Assembly: GCA_000004985.1 (NCBI GenBank)
Contig: GG738936.1
Source of the DNA: Naegleria gruberi
Taxonomy: Eukaryota
DNA length: 64,000 nt
Reading direction: 5' to 3' (one strand)
A model generated the notes under the pieces. It saw only the letters and a list, made by a program, of their open reading frames with translations, made no database searches and had not been told where the DNA came from. This document shows, in pieces, positions 1-10,412 of the stretch. Made by a program: the position numbers and the translations under genes. The stretch's first letter is position 1. Every line of letters begins with the position of its first letter.

Positions 1-211
1 TTCAACAAACCTATTATTTAATTGATATTGAATTTTACTAGTCAAACTATTAAATGTCATTCGTCTAAATTTAGAAGGTAGATAAATTGAACACTTTAGT
101 AAAAAGAGTAACAACAAATAATCCATCATCAAACAACAACTACTGCCCCTTCACCACTTCTTTTAATTCATCATCAACAACATCTAATTCCCTTCTTCCA
201 ACAGAAAAAAA

Positions 212-847
212 ATGTTTCAAAAGCACTCACTCAAATCATTCTCAAATCTTACAACCAAGAAGAATTCCAAATCAGTCGCCACGATTCTATGTGGTACCAA
301 TTCAGTACCAACTGCTAGCGAAGGATCCTTCCAAATGAAGTTGCATTCCAAGAGACAATCATCTCTGCCCTACTTTTGTAAATATTACAATACAAATCAT
401 ACCAATACTGCATCACCAGCAGTTGCACTCTCCACTACTCATGGAGCTGCATCTAATGCGTTCCATCATGTTGATTCATTTACTTCATACAATACTCATC
501 AACACAAGCAACAGCATCAACAACACGATCAGAATGTAGCTGATTATCATCAGGCAATGAATATTCTCAGAGAATTGAATCAAATCCGACATCAGAATTA
601 TGTGCTCAATAAGCAAATAAGTCACTTGCAGGAATATGTGCATGTGAAGGAGTCCAATACAAATAATTCAGCCAATCTAAGCTCTTGGATGGATACAAAT
701 CCATTCAAATTTGGATTGTTGTGTGGAAGTGTTGTGTTTGTCTTAATTGCCTTGAGAATGGACTTGGAAAAGAATAGAAAGAAAGTGAAGGAACTCAAGG
801 AGGAGCTTTCTAAACTCTCCATCAAGAGAAGATATGGTAACTATTGA
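212..847 (+). CDS. Hypothetical protein with a coiled-coil stretch and a C-terminal TM helix (tail-anchored-like). The 5' end is uncertain; an upstream exon or the overlapping 87..338 frame is possible.
   Basis: A 211-aa ORF with Q/H-rich low complexity, then a heptad-like stretch and the hydrophobic segment FGLLCGSVVFVLIAL followed by basic residues. No family was recognised. Confidence 0.3.
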   Translation: MFQKHSLKSFSNLTTKKNSKSVATILCGTNSVPTASEGSFQMKLHSKRQSSLPYFCKYYNTNHTNTASPAVALSTTHGAASNAFHHVDSFTSYNTHQHKQQHQQHDQNVADYHQAMNILRELNQIRHQNYVLNKQISHLQEYVHVKESNTNNSANLSSWMDTNPFKFGLLCGSVVFVLIALRMDLEKNRKKVKELKEELSKLSIKRRYGNY

Positions 848-1226
848 GTGAAAATTTAATTTTCAATCCTTCAAAGCATTTTTGTAAATATACAGAAATA
901 TTGTAAAGTAAAATTTCAATTATTGAAAATTAGTTCAATCTAAAAACATTTTTTAGCTATGGTTCAATGAAGGATTTCTTCTATCCAAAATCCTTGAGCT
1001 TTCTGGACTTGTTGCTTGTTATTCGAAAAACAAGTTTTTAAGTTAATAATGTGAGTGGTTGATGGAAAGTCTTGATGAATAATGTGCTAGAAAATAATGT
1101 ACTTGAATTTAGTTTGAAAACAATTCAATGAATACAGGATTTTAAAATTAAATCATTGAAAGTTGACAATCAATATGCGACCTTGTGAAGACTAGCAAAG
1201 TGGCATGATGTTGGAATTGTTGTATA

Positions 1227-1460
1227 TTATTTTTCATTTTCTTCTTTCTTTTCTTCTGTTTCTTCTGTTTCTTGGTTTGGATTTTTACCTACAGTTGCAG
1301 TTCTTTCTTTCTTTGCTTCTTCTGTTGCTCCAATACCTGCAGTATCTGTTTTGACTGGTACTTTTACATGTTCCGTAAAACCATCCTTTCCCAAACCATC
1401 ACCTTCCTTCCAACCCATCTTTTCTAAAAATTTGAATCCGAGTCTTGATTTATCTTCCAT
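1227..1460 (-). CDS. Small G-patch domain protein.
   Basis: The translation MEDKSRLGFKFLEKMGWKEGDGLGKDGFTEHVKVPVK matches the G-patch consensus (G..LL.KMGW..G.GLG....G...P). The ORF-track start is a GTG, so the first ATG at 1458-1460 is taken as the start. The acidic C-terminus is part of the same ORF. Confidence 0.55.
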   Translation of the reverse strand: MEDKSRLGFKFLEKMGWKEGDGLGKDGFTEHVKVPVKTDTAGIGATEEAKKERTATVGKNPNQETEETEEKKEENEK

Positions 1461-1675
1461 TTTTTTCACATCAGCTAAATATGATAACTAAGAATGAGTA
1501 AATGAACAAAGTTAAAGAATGGTAGCATTTACAAACCAAATAAATATATTGTACACAAGATTAGTTATTTCAGGAATACCCCTAAAGATGAGCCACAATT
1601 GAACAAAATCAAGTGGCTAGCATCATAACAAGTTGCCTTGTCGGTCATTAAGGGAGTTCAAGCATTTCTAATGTA

Positions 1676-1748
1676 GCCCGTCTAGCTCAGTCGGTAGAGC
1701 GCAAGGCTCTTAACCTTGTGGTCGTGGGTTCGACCCCCACGGTGGGCG
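1676..1748 (+). tRNA. tRNA-Lys (anticodon CTT).
   Basis: A 73-nt cloverleaf is readable directly. The acceptor GCCCGTC pairs with GGTGGGC (including G-U pairs). The D-arm is AGCTCAGTCGGTAGAGC, the anticodon loop is CTCTTAA, and the T-arm is GTGGGTTCGACCCCAC. It closely resembles eukaryotic tRNA-Lys-CTT, and a T-run follows at about 1754. Confidence 0.9.
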
Positions 1749-2112
1749 ATTCATGTTTTTGTTTATTCACAAAAGGACAGATTCAACATGAAAATTAGGT
1801 TTTTATTACTTGCAATGATTTATGATGGATCTTTGTGTCAAATCAACAAAATGAAAACAATTTTAATGATAGAGAATCAGTTTTTCGTGATAGATCATTA
1901 TCCAAACTCCACATTAGTTATTATTCGTGTATCTCTCAACCTTTCATCCTTTATTTCATTCAACATTATGAGAACCTACTTTTCCTTTTTGACAACACAT
2001 GATTTGTGCAATTTCTGTTAAATTGCCGGCACTTTATTGGACTAGTAAACAATATCAAAAAAAAAACAAATACTGTTGTTATTCAAATCAAACCATTGAA
2101 TATCATTCACAA

Positions 2113-3591
2113 ATGCTCAACATGATCGTTTCCAACTCACTCAAGACAAGTATTTGTCTTGCCATTATTCTTGTACATTATATCAGAATTGTAAAAGGTG
2201 CTAATCCTGATTGTGCTCTTATTGTTCCTCCAAATCCACTCACTCCTCAAGGATTGGCAACCCCTTATATTTTGAGAGCTGTCAATCCTGCTAATGGTCC
2301 TTGTGTCATGACAGCTGCTGATCAACAATCATTTGTTGAGGGTGTTATTTTCGTTCCAGAGACAAGATCCTTCATGATTTATAATCCTTTGGTAATTACT
2401 CAAAATACTCAACCAGCAATCAAACCAACTGTTCCTACCTTTCCAAAAACAGCAATTGTTGGTTTGTGGTTTGGTACAAATGCTGGTTCTCTTACTTTAA
2501 TTGATTCCAGTAATTCACTTGTTCAAGGTAACTGTGTAAATGGTATTGATGGAGCAAATGATATCTTTGGCCAATTCGCCTCATGCAATGGAAAACAATT
2601 TTTTGAAGCTGTCCAAACGTCAATCAGTCAAATTATTAAGGAAAATGCAACCAATAATCCTGGTTCCTTCTTTAATCCACCAGTTCCAGCACTTGGCACT
2701 GCTCTTGATGGAAAATCATGTATGACTGTCAGAGATTTTGGTATTGTTGACATGGATCAATCAGATAACGTTGTTACATCCTATATCATTAGTACAAACA
2801 AGACATTGGCAGGTAGAACTTGTCAAAATACTGCAGCTAATTTGAAAGCCCTTGGAGGAACTGCTCAAACTCAAACTTTGGTAAATGGTTCTGATAATAG
2901 ATTGTTAGCTGTTGCAATGGCACGTGCTTTAAATTGCACTCCATACATGGCCCCTGATTTGGCAAATAATGGCCAATTGACTCAGTCATTGGCATTGGAT
3001 GAGATTCATGCTAAATTGAAACAAAAAGCACCGATTGCTCTTCTTCCAAAAGGAAATCCAATGGTAAGAAGCAATGATCAAGCAAACCTTGAAAAACTCA
3101 ACTTGTATAGAGCTGCTGTTTTTCAACCACAAGTTTCCAGTGTTGCATTTGCTTCCACTCGTCTCTATTGTAAACATTACGCAGTTGTGGCACCTGCCAG
3201 AATATTCCTCGACAAGTCTATCACTTTGAAATATGCAAGTCCTGATACTGGAGTTGCCAATAATTTATTCACATTCCTAGCTCAGAGATTTGTGAATAGT
3301 TGGGAAGGATTGAAATGTGGTTGTATTCTCGATATGCCTTGTCCAATTACTATTGTTGTAGATAAGAATGGAGTAACAACAGATGCTAGTTTATCCACAA
3401 TGATGGCTAGATCTGTAAATGTTGATTCTTTGATGGATCAAATGGTTTTGGAATTTGATGGCTACATGGATGAAAACAACACATTGGATGTTAGAGCTCT
3501 TGTTAGTGAGTCAAATGGTGTTTTTACAAACAATGGTCCTGTGTATATTCTTCTTACCATTGTTGTGTCTATCATGTTCAATCTGTTGTAA
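2113..3591 (+). CDS. Secreted or GPI-anchored glycoprotein of unknown family.
   Basis: A long ORF whose likely start, MLNM at 2113, is followed by a signal-peptide-like hydrophobic stretch (SLKTSICLAIILVHYIRIVKG). There are many N-x-S/T sites, several Cys, and a C-terminal hydrophobic tail (ILLTIVVSIMFNLL) consistent with a GPI signal or TM anchor. The gene is flanked by two identical tRNA-Lys genes. Confidence 0.5.
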   Translation: MLNMIVSNSLKTSICLAIILVHYIRIVKGANPDCALIVPPNPLTPQGLATPYILRAVNPANGPCVMTAADQQSFVEGVIFVPETRSFMIYNPLVITQNTQPAIKPTVPTFPKTAIVGLWFGTNAGSLTLIDSSNSLVQGNCVNGIDGANDIFGQFASCNGKQFFEAVQTSISQIIKENATNNPGSFFNPPVPALGTALDGKSCMTVRDFGIVDMDQSDNVVTSYIISTNKTLAGRTCQNTAANLKALGGTAQTQTLVNGSDNRLLAVAMARALNCTPYMAPDLANNGQLTQSLALDEIHAKLKQKAPIALLPKGNPMVRSNDQANLEKLNLYRAAVFQPQVSSVAFASTRLYCKHYAVVAPARIFLDKSITLKYASPDTGVANNLFTFLAQRFVNSWEGLKCGCILDMPCPITIVVDKNGVTTDASLSTMMARSVNVDSLMDQMVLEFDGYMDENNTLDVRALVSESNGVFTNNGPVYILLTIVVSIMFNLL

Positions 3592-3676
3592 ATAAAATTC
3601 TTTGAATATATTAATTAGTAAGAAATGGTTGTAAGGCCGAAATAATGATTAGTGGGACAAATATTCCTTAATATCT

Positions 3677-3749
3677 GCCCGTCTAGCTCAGTCGGTAGAG
3701 CGCAAGGCTCTTAACCTTGTGGTCGTGGGTTCGACCCCCACGGTGGGCG
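3677..3749 (+). tRNA. tRNA-Lys (anticodon CTT), second copy.
   Basis: A 73-nt sequence identical to 1676..1748, including the 3' flank GATTCAT and a downstream T-run. It is a direct repeat flanking the 2113..3591 gene. Confidence 0.9.
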
Positions 3750-3792
3750 ATTCATATTTTTTCTCTTAATCCTTGTGAATGAATACCTTTAT

Positions 3793-6357
3793 TTACAACT
3801 TTAGCTTTTCTGTAACTCTTCGCCAATGTAATGTCAACCTACATGATCTCCTTGAAAACACTTCACCATAAATGTAATCATCAATTCTACTCAACAAATC
3901 CCCATAGCTTTGTCTCATATCTAGTTTCATATGATCAATAGAATATTCCAATAATTGCAAAAAGCCAAACTCAATAATACTCGAATCAAATCTATCTGGG
4001 ACATCATCAAAGAGGAAAAAATCATCCACATGATCTACAAAAATTTGTGCAACATCATCAATGTTTAAATAGCTCAACAAAATAAGTGACCTCACTGATT
4101 CCACTCTAAGATTGATTTTTGCATCAGTAATTCTTGAAGCATCATCCAATGAGAATAGGGTAACATGGGTCAATAATTCTTTCATAGTTTGAATAGACTC
4201 CTTAGCCAAATTATCAAGCCATTGTTCATCGGTTGGTCTCACAATAACAAAATATTCCACCATTCTTCCAAAAGAGACTATACACGGTACGCATGCATCA
4301 AACGAAGTGGTATTATTCCTATTCACAACTTGAACCTTCTCGAATAAATAATTAGATAAGAAAGGCTGTACAAAATCTTTCACAATATTTGTCTCCTCTT
4401 TCAAACAATTTAAATTCTTGAAAATATTTGCCATAAACATGCCATCAATTAATTTGAAGAAAGATTCGTGATATTCTTTCTTACTGGCAAATAGATGGAG
4501 TAAATCATTCAAATCCTTTAAAATTCCCAATTCTTCAATCACATAAATGGTACTTGGCTGAGCCGTTTTCAAGAATGATCCAAGTATTGGTAGGAAATAA
4601 TGTATCAATTTAGATCTTTTTTGTTGTAAAAATTTTCTAATATGTTCCTTAATGAAATCTAAAAAATCTTTCAGAATACTGATTGATATATTATGTCCCA
4701 AATAGTAGACACAAGTAGTCAAAACTTTCCACTCCTTGAATTGGTCTAAATTAGCCCTCTCTAAATATTCACATAGATTCGAAAGGAAAGTGTTGGCAAT
4801 TAATAAAGTGTGGGCATCTCTCAAATTATCTCTATGTAAAAATTTCAAAATTACTGTAATCAAATTAGAATAGGTTCTAAAGTTATCTAAATTATATTTA
4901 AAATACTCGACAATTTGTGAAAAAACCGATGGTCTAATTTCTCTAGAAGAAAGGAAGTTTGACAGAGAAATACACGTAGTCTTTCTCACATTCAAGTTTT
5001 CATCCTTCAAGTTATTCACCATAATGTCAATAATTTCATCATTGAAATTTTTGAGAAATTGAATATGTTCCAAATATTCACCAAATTGATTATTTAAATT
5101 AAGAGAAACCTGGTAAAGTAGTTTACCAAAAATAGCACTATAATATCCTGCTGATTTACATGCCGTTTCTTTGATTAATACATCCTCTTCAGATTTTGCA
5201 TCTTTCTGCAGTTCAAGTAGTAATATCTTTAAATAAGGATCTACAAAACTCCTCAGTACAGTCTCTACTATCTGTCTCGTATTAAAGAATGGATCTAACA
5301 AGTTGGAGAAAAACATGGATTGGATGACTGATCCTGAAATATTGATAATTTTCTGTTTTATCATACCGACTGTCTTTCCGTGACAAAACATATCCGAATT
5401 AATCTTATTACCAATTTTTGCAAAATCATTTCCCAAACATTGAAGAATTGTTTGAACTGACTCAAAATAGGAGGAGCATAATGTAGAAATTAATTTGGTT
5501 CCTATGTTGGACAGATATTTTGCAATATCTCCAATATTAGTTTCGAATCGGAAATCAAATACTTCTGACAATTCGTATGTTATACTAATCAGTTTTTCTA
5601 TAATCATTTTTATCATTCGGAGTTGTTCTATTTTCAATACTGATATAAACTCATCAGATTCTTCATCAATAGAATCCATCCAATATACGTATTGATTGAA
5701 AAATTCCAATGTTTGTCCCACAATTACGAATTCTTCATAGCTAATCCAATAGTGGTCAGAATATTTTGATAAATGATTAGCCTTCTTTCGTCTAAAATAT
5801 TCAAGCAACACCAACTGAAATAATGGTACATTTTGAAGTACATTTCCTGATTCTGTTGAATATTCCAAAAATTCATTATAAAATCCTCGATGACAAATCC
5901 TTGAAAATAATAAAAATGTAAATAGCTTCCACTCGGGTATTTCATTTTGAAAACTCATTCTCTTAAACGCAGTATCAACAGTTTCATTTGTTGAGCGACT
6001 CGTTTCTTGATTTGGATAAACAACTTGTCTAAGTATTAACAAATTATTATACATTTCCTGATCCAATTCAATAATATATTCAAAAAATGGGAAAAACTCT
6101 ACTAATTTCGAGGAAGGATATGTTTTCACAACTTCCATTATTATGTACATTATCTTGATGGTGATTGTAGTTTCATCATCATTTTGCAAAATTTCCGATA
6201 ATTTTGAAGGCTTTAATCGTTCATCTTTTTCCAAGTGATACAAGGCTGTTGTTTGTTTGGGAGGAAAACCTGCAATTCTTTTAGGTTCGGGCAAATATTG
6301 AATAGCTTCAAAAAATTGTTGAATTAAATAAATCTTTCCATTTCGAAATGATTGCAT
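3793..6357 (-). CDS. Large hypothetical protein, probably built from alpha-helical (HEAT/ARM-like) repeats.
   Basis: An 854-aa uninterrupted ORF with coding-like composition, Leu-rich helical repeats throughout, and no TM segments or catalytic motifs that I recognise. Confidence 0.45.
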   Translation of the reverse strand: MQSFRNGKIYLIQQFFEAIQYLPEPKRIAGFPPKQTTALYHLEKDERLKPSKLSEILQNDDETTITIKIMYIIMEVVKTYPSSKLVEFFPFFEYIIELDQEMYNNLLILRQVVYPNQETSRSTNETVDTAFKRMSFQNEIPEWKLFTFLLFSRICHRGFYNEFLEYSTESGNVLQNVPLFQLVLLEYFRRKKANHLSKYSDHYWISYEEFVIVGQTLEFFNQYVYWMDSIDEESDEFISVLKIEQLRMIKMIIEKLISITYELSEVFDFRFETNIGDIAKYLSNIGTKLISTLCSSYFESVQTILQCLGNDFAKIGNKINSDMFCHGKTVGMIKQKIINISGSVIQSMFFSNLLDPFFNTRQIVETVLRSFVDPYLKILLLELQKDAKSEEDVLIKETACKSAGYYSAIFGKLLYQVSLNLNNQFGEYLEHIQFLKNFNDEIIDIMVNNLKDENLNVRKTTCISLSNFLSSREIRPSVFSQIVEYFKYNLDNFRTYSNLITVILKFLHRDNLRDAHTLLIANTFLSNLCEYLERANLDQFKEWKVLTTCVYYLGHNISISILKDFLDFIKEHIRKFLQQKRSKLIHYFLPILGSFLKTAQPSTIYVIEELGILKDLNDLLHLFASKKEYHESFFKLIDGMFMANIFKNLNCLKEETNIVKDFVQPFLSNYLFEKVQVVNRNNTTSFDACVPCIVSFGRMVEYFVIVRPTDEQWLDNLAKESIQTMKELLTHVTLFSLDDASRITDAKINLRVESVRSLILLSYLNIDDVAQIFVDHVDDFFLFDDVPDRFDSSIIEFGFLQLLEYSIDHMKLDMRQSYGDLLSRIDDYIYGEVFSRRSCRLTLHWRRVTEKLKL

Positions 6358-6464
6358 TTTTTATGACTAAATTATTAATAGAATTGAAACCTTGAATAAA
6401 ACTATTATTTTCTTAATTTAATTATAATAATTATTATTTATTTTATTAATATTTACCATTACTA

Positions 6465-7077
6465 CTAGTAATAACGCCTTACTACAACATTATTCAATAC
6501 TACAATTAAAATTACAACAGCAATGTCCAACACCACGAAACATGCAAATAATCCTCCACCAATATTTCCAAACTATTAATATTAGCAAACACAAAGCCTA
6601 ACAATTACTTACTCTTCTTCCTCTATCACTGTAATTCATACGATTTCTAGTCATTGCAAAGAGAATAAGCCAAATAATTGGAAAGCAAAATCCGATCAGG
6701 AAGATTACAAAGGCCATATCATCATTCTTTTTCTTCAAATCAAAATTATCACCCAGTACAGGGTTAGAAACAAAGGTTGTTGTTCTAATAATTGATCATC
6801 TACATCAGAAAAAGTGTAACACTTACTGTTGAGTGGTTGTTTGTCCAGGATATTGTTGAACAACATAACCTCCATTTTGAGGTGGATAATAATTTTCACT
6901 TGATATTGGCATTGCAGTATTAGTCATTGGCATTTGAGGAGGTATTGGATATTGAGGTGTTGTTGTTGTATAATAAGGTGGAGGTTGATCATAATAATAA
7001 TTATACTTCTCCTCTCCAGCATATTTAGCTTGTTCTTGCAATGGTTGATGAAGAGGTACTTGCATTGAAGGATCCAT
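6465..7077 (-). CDS. Small membrane protein with a Pro/Tyr/Gln-rich N-terminus and two predicted TM helices (paralog A, 3 exons).
   Basis: Hand-spliced exons are 6827..7077, 6613..6784 and 6465..6572. The introns are 6785..6826 (42 nt) and 6573..6612 (40 nt), both starting GTAAGT. The spliced protein is about 176 aa: a PQY-rich N-terminus, then KKKNDDMAFVIFLIGFCFPIIWLILFAMTRNR (TM1), then FGNIGGGLFACFVVLDIAVVILIVVL (TM2). Confidence 0.5.
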
Positions 7078-7414
7078 TCTCTATATTATTCAATGTATAT
7101 TCTATATTGTTACGATCGTAAGATTAAATTTAAAAAACTTTTTTTCTTCTAAGGGAGATATAATCGATCGACACACCTTTAAGCCTTAAAAGCCTCCTCC
7201 TTTACACTGCTTACTAGAGACTGCAGGCGCTTGGGAGTTGAAGCGGTCAAAAAAAAAGTAAGAGTGTTTCATGCATAAACGGCTCGTAATTTTTTCAGAG
7301 TTAGCCTGACTGCTCTTCCAATTGTATTCCATTAGGAATCGAAATAATTTCACAATTCAGCCAACAATTTTTATACAACAATGTGCAGTTCAATAATTTG
7401 AATTTGATGCTGAT

Positions 7415-8046
7415 TTATTTGGCACGGACAGCAATATTGACAGCAACAATGATAACAATAAAGACAGCATAACAAATGATTGAAGCAACAATCAAACCAC
7501 ATCCAACATTACCAAGCTATATTTTTTTTTGTAAAATATTATTGTAAGATATTAGATTGATTAATATCAATAAAAACTTACTGTTCTAGCTCTATTGCTG
7601 TACTTGGTTTTATCTCTTGTAATAAAGAACAAAACAATCCAAACAAGAGGAATAAAAAGTCCAACAATGAATAATAATAAAGTCATGTCATCATTCTTCT
7701 TTTTGTGATATTGATCATCATAATGTCTATATTGTTATCATATATTGTTATCATTATATTATCATGATTTATCGTTAAAAATCATCACCCGAATATTAAA
7801 AAATGTTAAATATTTGTTGATTATTGGTGAATCCACTTACGGTTGAACATAACCTCCAGAATAATATTGTGAAGTTTGAGTGGTAGAAGTGGCAGCTACT
7901 GGTGGTTGATCAGCGTATGGATCATATTGTGGAGTGGCAGTAGTGGTAGTATTATATTGTGGATACTGTTGTGGAGTGTAGTATTGTTGTGGTTGAGCGT
8001 GTTGGACGTTGTCGAATTGAGCGTATGGAGTATTGTCTTGTTGCAT
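7415..8046 (-). CDS. Small membrane protein with a Pro/Tyr/Gln-rich N-terminus and two predicted TM helices (paralog B, 3 exons).
   Basis: Exons are 7841..8046, 7582..7726 and 7415..7516. The introns are 7727..7834 (108 nt) and 7517..7575 (59 nt) with GTAAGT donors. The architecture and exon phases match paralog A: KKKNDDMTLLLFIVGLFIPLVWIVLFFITRDK, then LGNVGCGLIVASIICYAVFIVIIVAV. Confidence 0.5.
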
Positions 8047-8603
8047 GGTGATGATAATTTATTCCAATAATTATGTGTTAATTTTTTTTGATATTTTCAT
8101 CATAAATGATGTTGATGGAAAGGTTTCGAGTAGTGTTCCAAGATGAATTGCATGTGACCGTCGTTTGTTTCCTTGATGAAAGAAAGGTTGCCAACATTCA
8201 TCTTTCTAAAATATGGTATTGACCCTCCATTTATTTGGAAAATAGTAAAATCAAAGTTTCAACTCTGATTACAATTTATAGAGATTGAATCGACTGTATT
8301 TCAATAAAATAAGGCACTTCTATTAGTCCAGTTTCCAATGTCAGAAGATTGGTCAGAATTCACAATTTCTATAGCATCATCAACAGATGAAATGCGAAAT
8401 GAAAGGACAAGAACACATTAAGATTCATCGAATAAATAATGTACAATTTTCAAACAGATTGAAATATTAATTGTTTTTTACTTTAACTTCCAAGTTCCAA
8501 CATTAAAAACAACAAAAAATTATCATCACACCAATATGTTCCACTTTTCAAAAGTTCATCAGAGTAGGAAGCAACAACACAACAAGGCTTTGTAAATTTT
8601 CTA

Positions 8604-9818
8604 ATGATGATGATGACAATAACCATTGCAATGCTGATAATGATGAGTTGTAGTATATACGGAAGGGAGAATGCGATAGTAAATTTACAAGTACGGGATA
8701 CAACCTATTCACTACAAACGGATCAAATGTATACTATCAGAGAGTTGGAGATGATGTATAATTCATCATCGAATAGATATAATTTATTGTATGGAATTCC
8801 TATTTATTATGAGAGAAGGGATGGAGGTCCTATCACTGCTCTCAAGTCAGTGATTGCCTTGTTTAATAATACTCTAGGTTTTAAAGCTTTTCTTGTTGTG
8901 GATCCATACAATGTACCATATTCTACAGATATTCCTAATGTTGGTACTACATTACCACCTCTATTTAATGAAACAATATATGGATCTGATTTTTACATTA
9001 GAAAATTGTTGGATTGGCAAGGAACTGATCCGAATGTTACACCACAATGTTCCTACTTGGTAAATTATAATTTGGATAAGTCAAAAGCAGAATATTACAA
9101 TGATCTATTTTATTGTGATAGTAGTGCTTTGAATGGTACCAGTCACGTTTTCACACTTTCATCAAGTTCAAAGAAAATTATTTCTAAATATGATGGAAAC
9201 TGTTTACAATTTGTGTACAAGACAGATTCTACCACCAAAACAACAGTAGTATTCCAATTTCAAACATGTGCCAATACCAAATTACAAGAGTTTGGATTTA
9301 ATGGACAATATTTTAGTATTTACGGAGATTCGAAAGTTATGTATGTTGCTGACAAGATAACATCCTCTTCAGGTTCAGTCTATTCGGCACCTGGAGCTAT
9401 GGATATTGGAGCATTTAGTGAATTAACATTTTATGGTAGAAATCCAAATTATCCTTACAGAGCTTATCAATTCTATTTGGAACCTATTAATGGTTATCCA
9501 GAAACAATGACAATTTCTAATAAGGGTCCATATGTTTATCCTCCACTCTCATTCACTAATCAAACTTATATTGATTTACTCAATAGTGATCTGAATACTA
9601 CTTTATCAACCTATCTCAGAACCTCTGTTGTAAATAGACTCTACACTGAATATCAAAAACAAAAGAGACTTCCATTCCCAGTTCCTCCTGATGAATTACT
9701 CTATACTTATATTTTCCTTCCAATAGCAATCTTTTTTGGTGGATTCTTATTCATGTTTATTAGTGTTGCTTGTTGTTGGACCGGTGTCTACATTAAAAAG
9801 ACATACTGTAAACCTTAA
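8604..9818 (+). CDS. Type I membrane glycoprotein of unknown family.
   Basis: A 404-aa ORF with an N-terminal hydrophobic signal (MMMMTITIAMLIMMSCSIYG), many N-glycosylation sequons, conserved Cys, and a C-terminal TM (LPIAIFFGGFLFMFISVACCW) followed by a short basic tail. Confidence 0.45.
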   Translation: MMMMTITIAMLIMMSCSIYGRENAIVNLQVRDTTYSLQTDQMYTIRELEMMYNSSSNRYNLLYGIPIYYERRDGGPITALKSVIALFNNTLGFKAFLVVDPYNVPYSTDIPNVGTTLPPLFNETIYGSDFYIRKLLDWQGTDPNVTPQCSYLVNYNLDKSKAEYYNDLFYCDSSALNGTSHVFTLSSSSKKIISKYDGNCLQFVYKTDSTTKTTVVFQFQTCANTKLQEFGFNGQYFSIYGDSKVMYVADKITSSSGSVYSAPGAMDIGAFSELTFYGRNPNYPYRAYQFYLEPINGYPETMTISNKGPYVYPPLSFTNQTYIDLLNSDLNTTLSTYLRTSVVNRLYTEYQKQKRLPFPVPPDELLYTYIFLPIAIFFGGFLFMFISVACCWTGVYIKKTYCKP

Positions 9819-9924
9819 TTCTCATAATTAATGATGAATGTTAATAATAATTTATTCTGGAAAGAATTCCAAATCATATAGTATATATACTATTCTCGAG
9901 TAAAGATAAATAATTTATCTAATT

Positions 9925-10284
9925 TTAATGTGTTTGTGCTCTCATAAAGATTAATAAATCCTCTACACTTTCCGTCATCCGTATCACCTTTTCCAATTGT
10001 TGTTGAATATTTACAAGTTGTGTTTTCATTGTTTTTACATTATTCGGATCAAGCTCCTTTTGAAGTTTAAATAAAGAATTATTAATTTGATTAAATAAAT
10101 TGGCATTGTCTTGCAATTTTGCTTCCGTTTCCAGACTTTTAGAAACAAGAGCAGTTGTATTTGTCATGATTGTTGTCCACTGATTTTGTTGATATTCTAC
10201 ATATGATGTTCCCGGAGTAAGATCAGCTGGGAGTTGTAAAGGAGTGAAAACCACTTGATGGGAAGTTGGTTCTTGTTGCTGCAT
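9925..10284 (-). CDS. Small coiled-coil protein of unknown function.
   Basis: A 119-aa ORF with heptad-like Q/L/N-rich helices (LFNQINNSLFKLQKELD...QLVNIQQQLEKVIRM). No specific family was assigned. Confidence 0.3.
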   Translation of the reverse strand: MQQQEPTSHQVVFTPLQLPADLTPGTSYVEYQQNQWTTIMTNTTALVSKSLETEAKLQDNANLFNQINNSLFKLQKELDPNNVKTMKTQLVNIQQQLEKVIRMTESVEDLLIFMRAQTH

Positions 10285-10412
10285 TTTTTATATTAAAAAT
10301 TAATTAAAACAAAATATGAGGAAATATATTTGAATTTACTAATCATAATGCAATTATTTCTTTTACAGCGAATGATAATAAATTAATTTTAATGATACAA
10401 TTTGGTTGTTAA

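Noticed and set aside
1716-2021. A 101-aa plus-strand ORF starting inside tRNA-Lys.
   Set aside because: It begins within the tRNA 3' half and runs through AT-rich intergenic sequence (FILY-type translation). It is not a gene; the real CDS starts at 2113.
7140-7330. Assignment of the GC-rich island to a specific snRNA (U5 or U6).
   Set aside because: Only weak partial resemblance to the U5 loop (GCCTTTTAAGG against GCCUUUUACUAAAG). The invariant U5/U6 sequence blocks are absent, so it is kept only as an unnamed ncRNA candidate.
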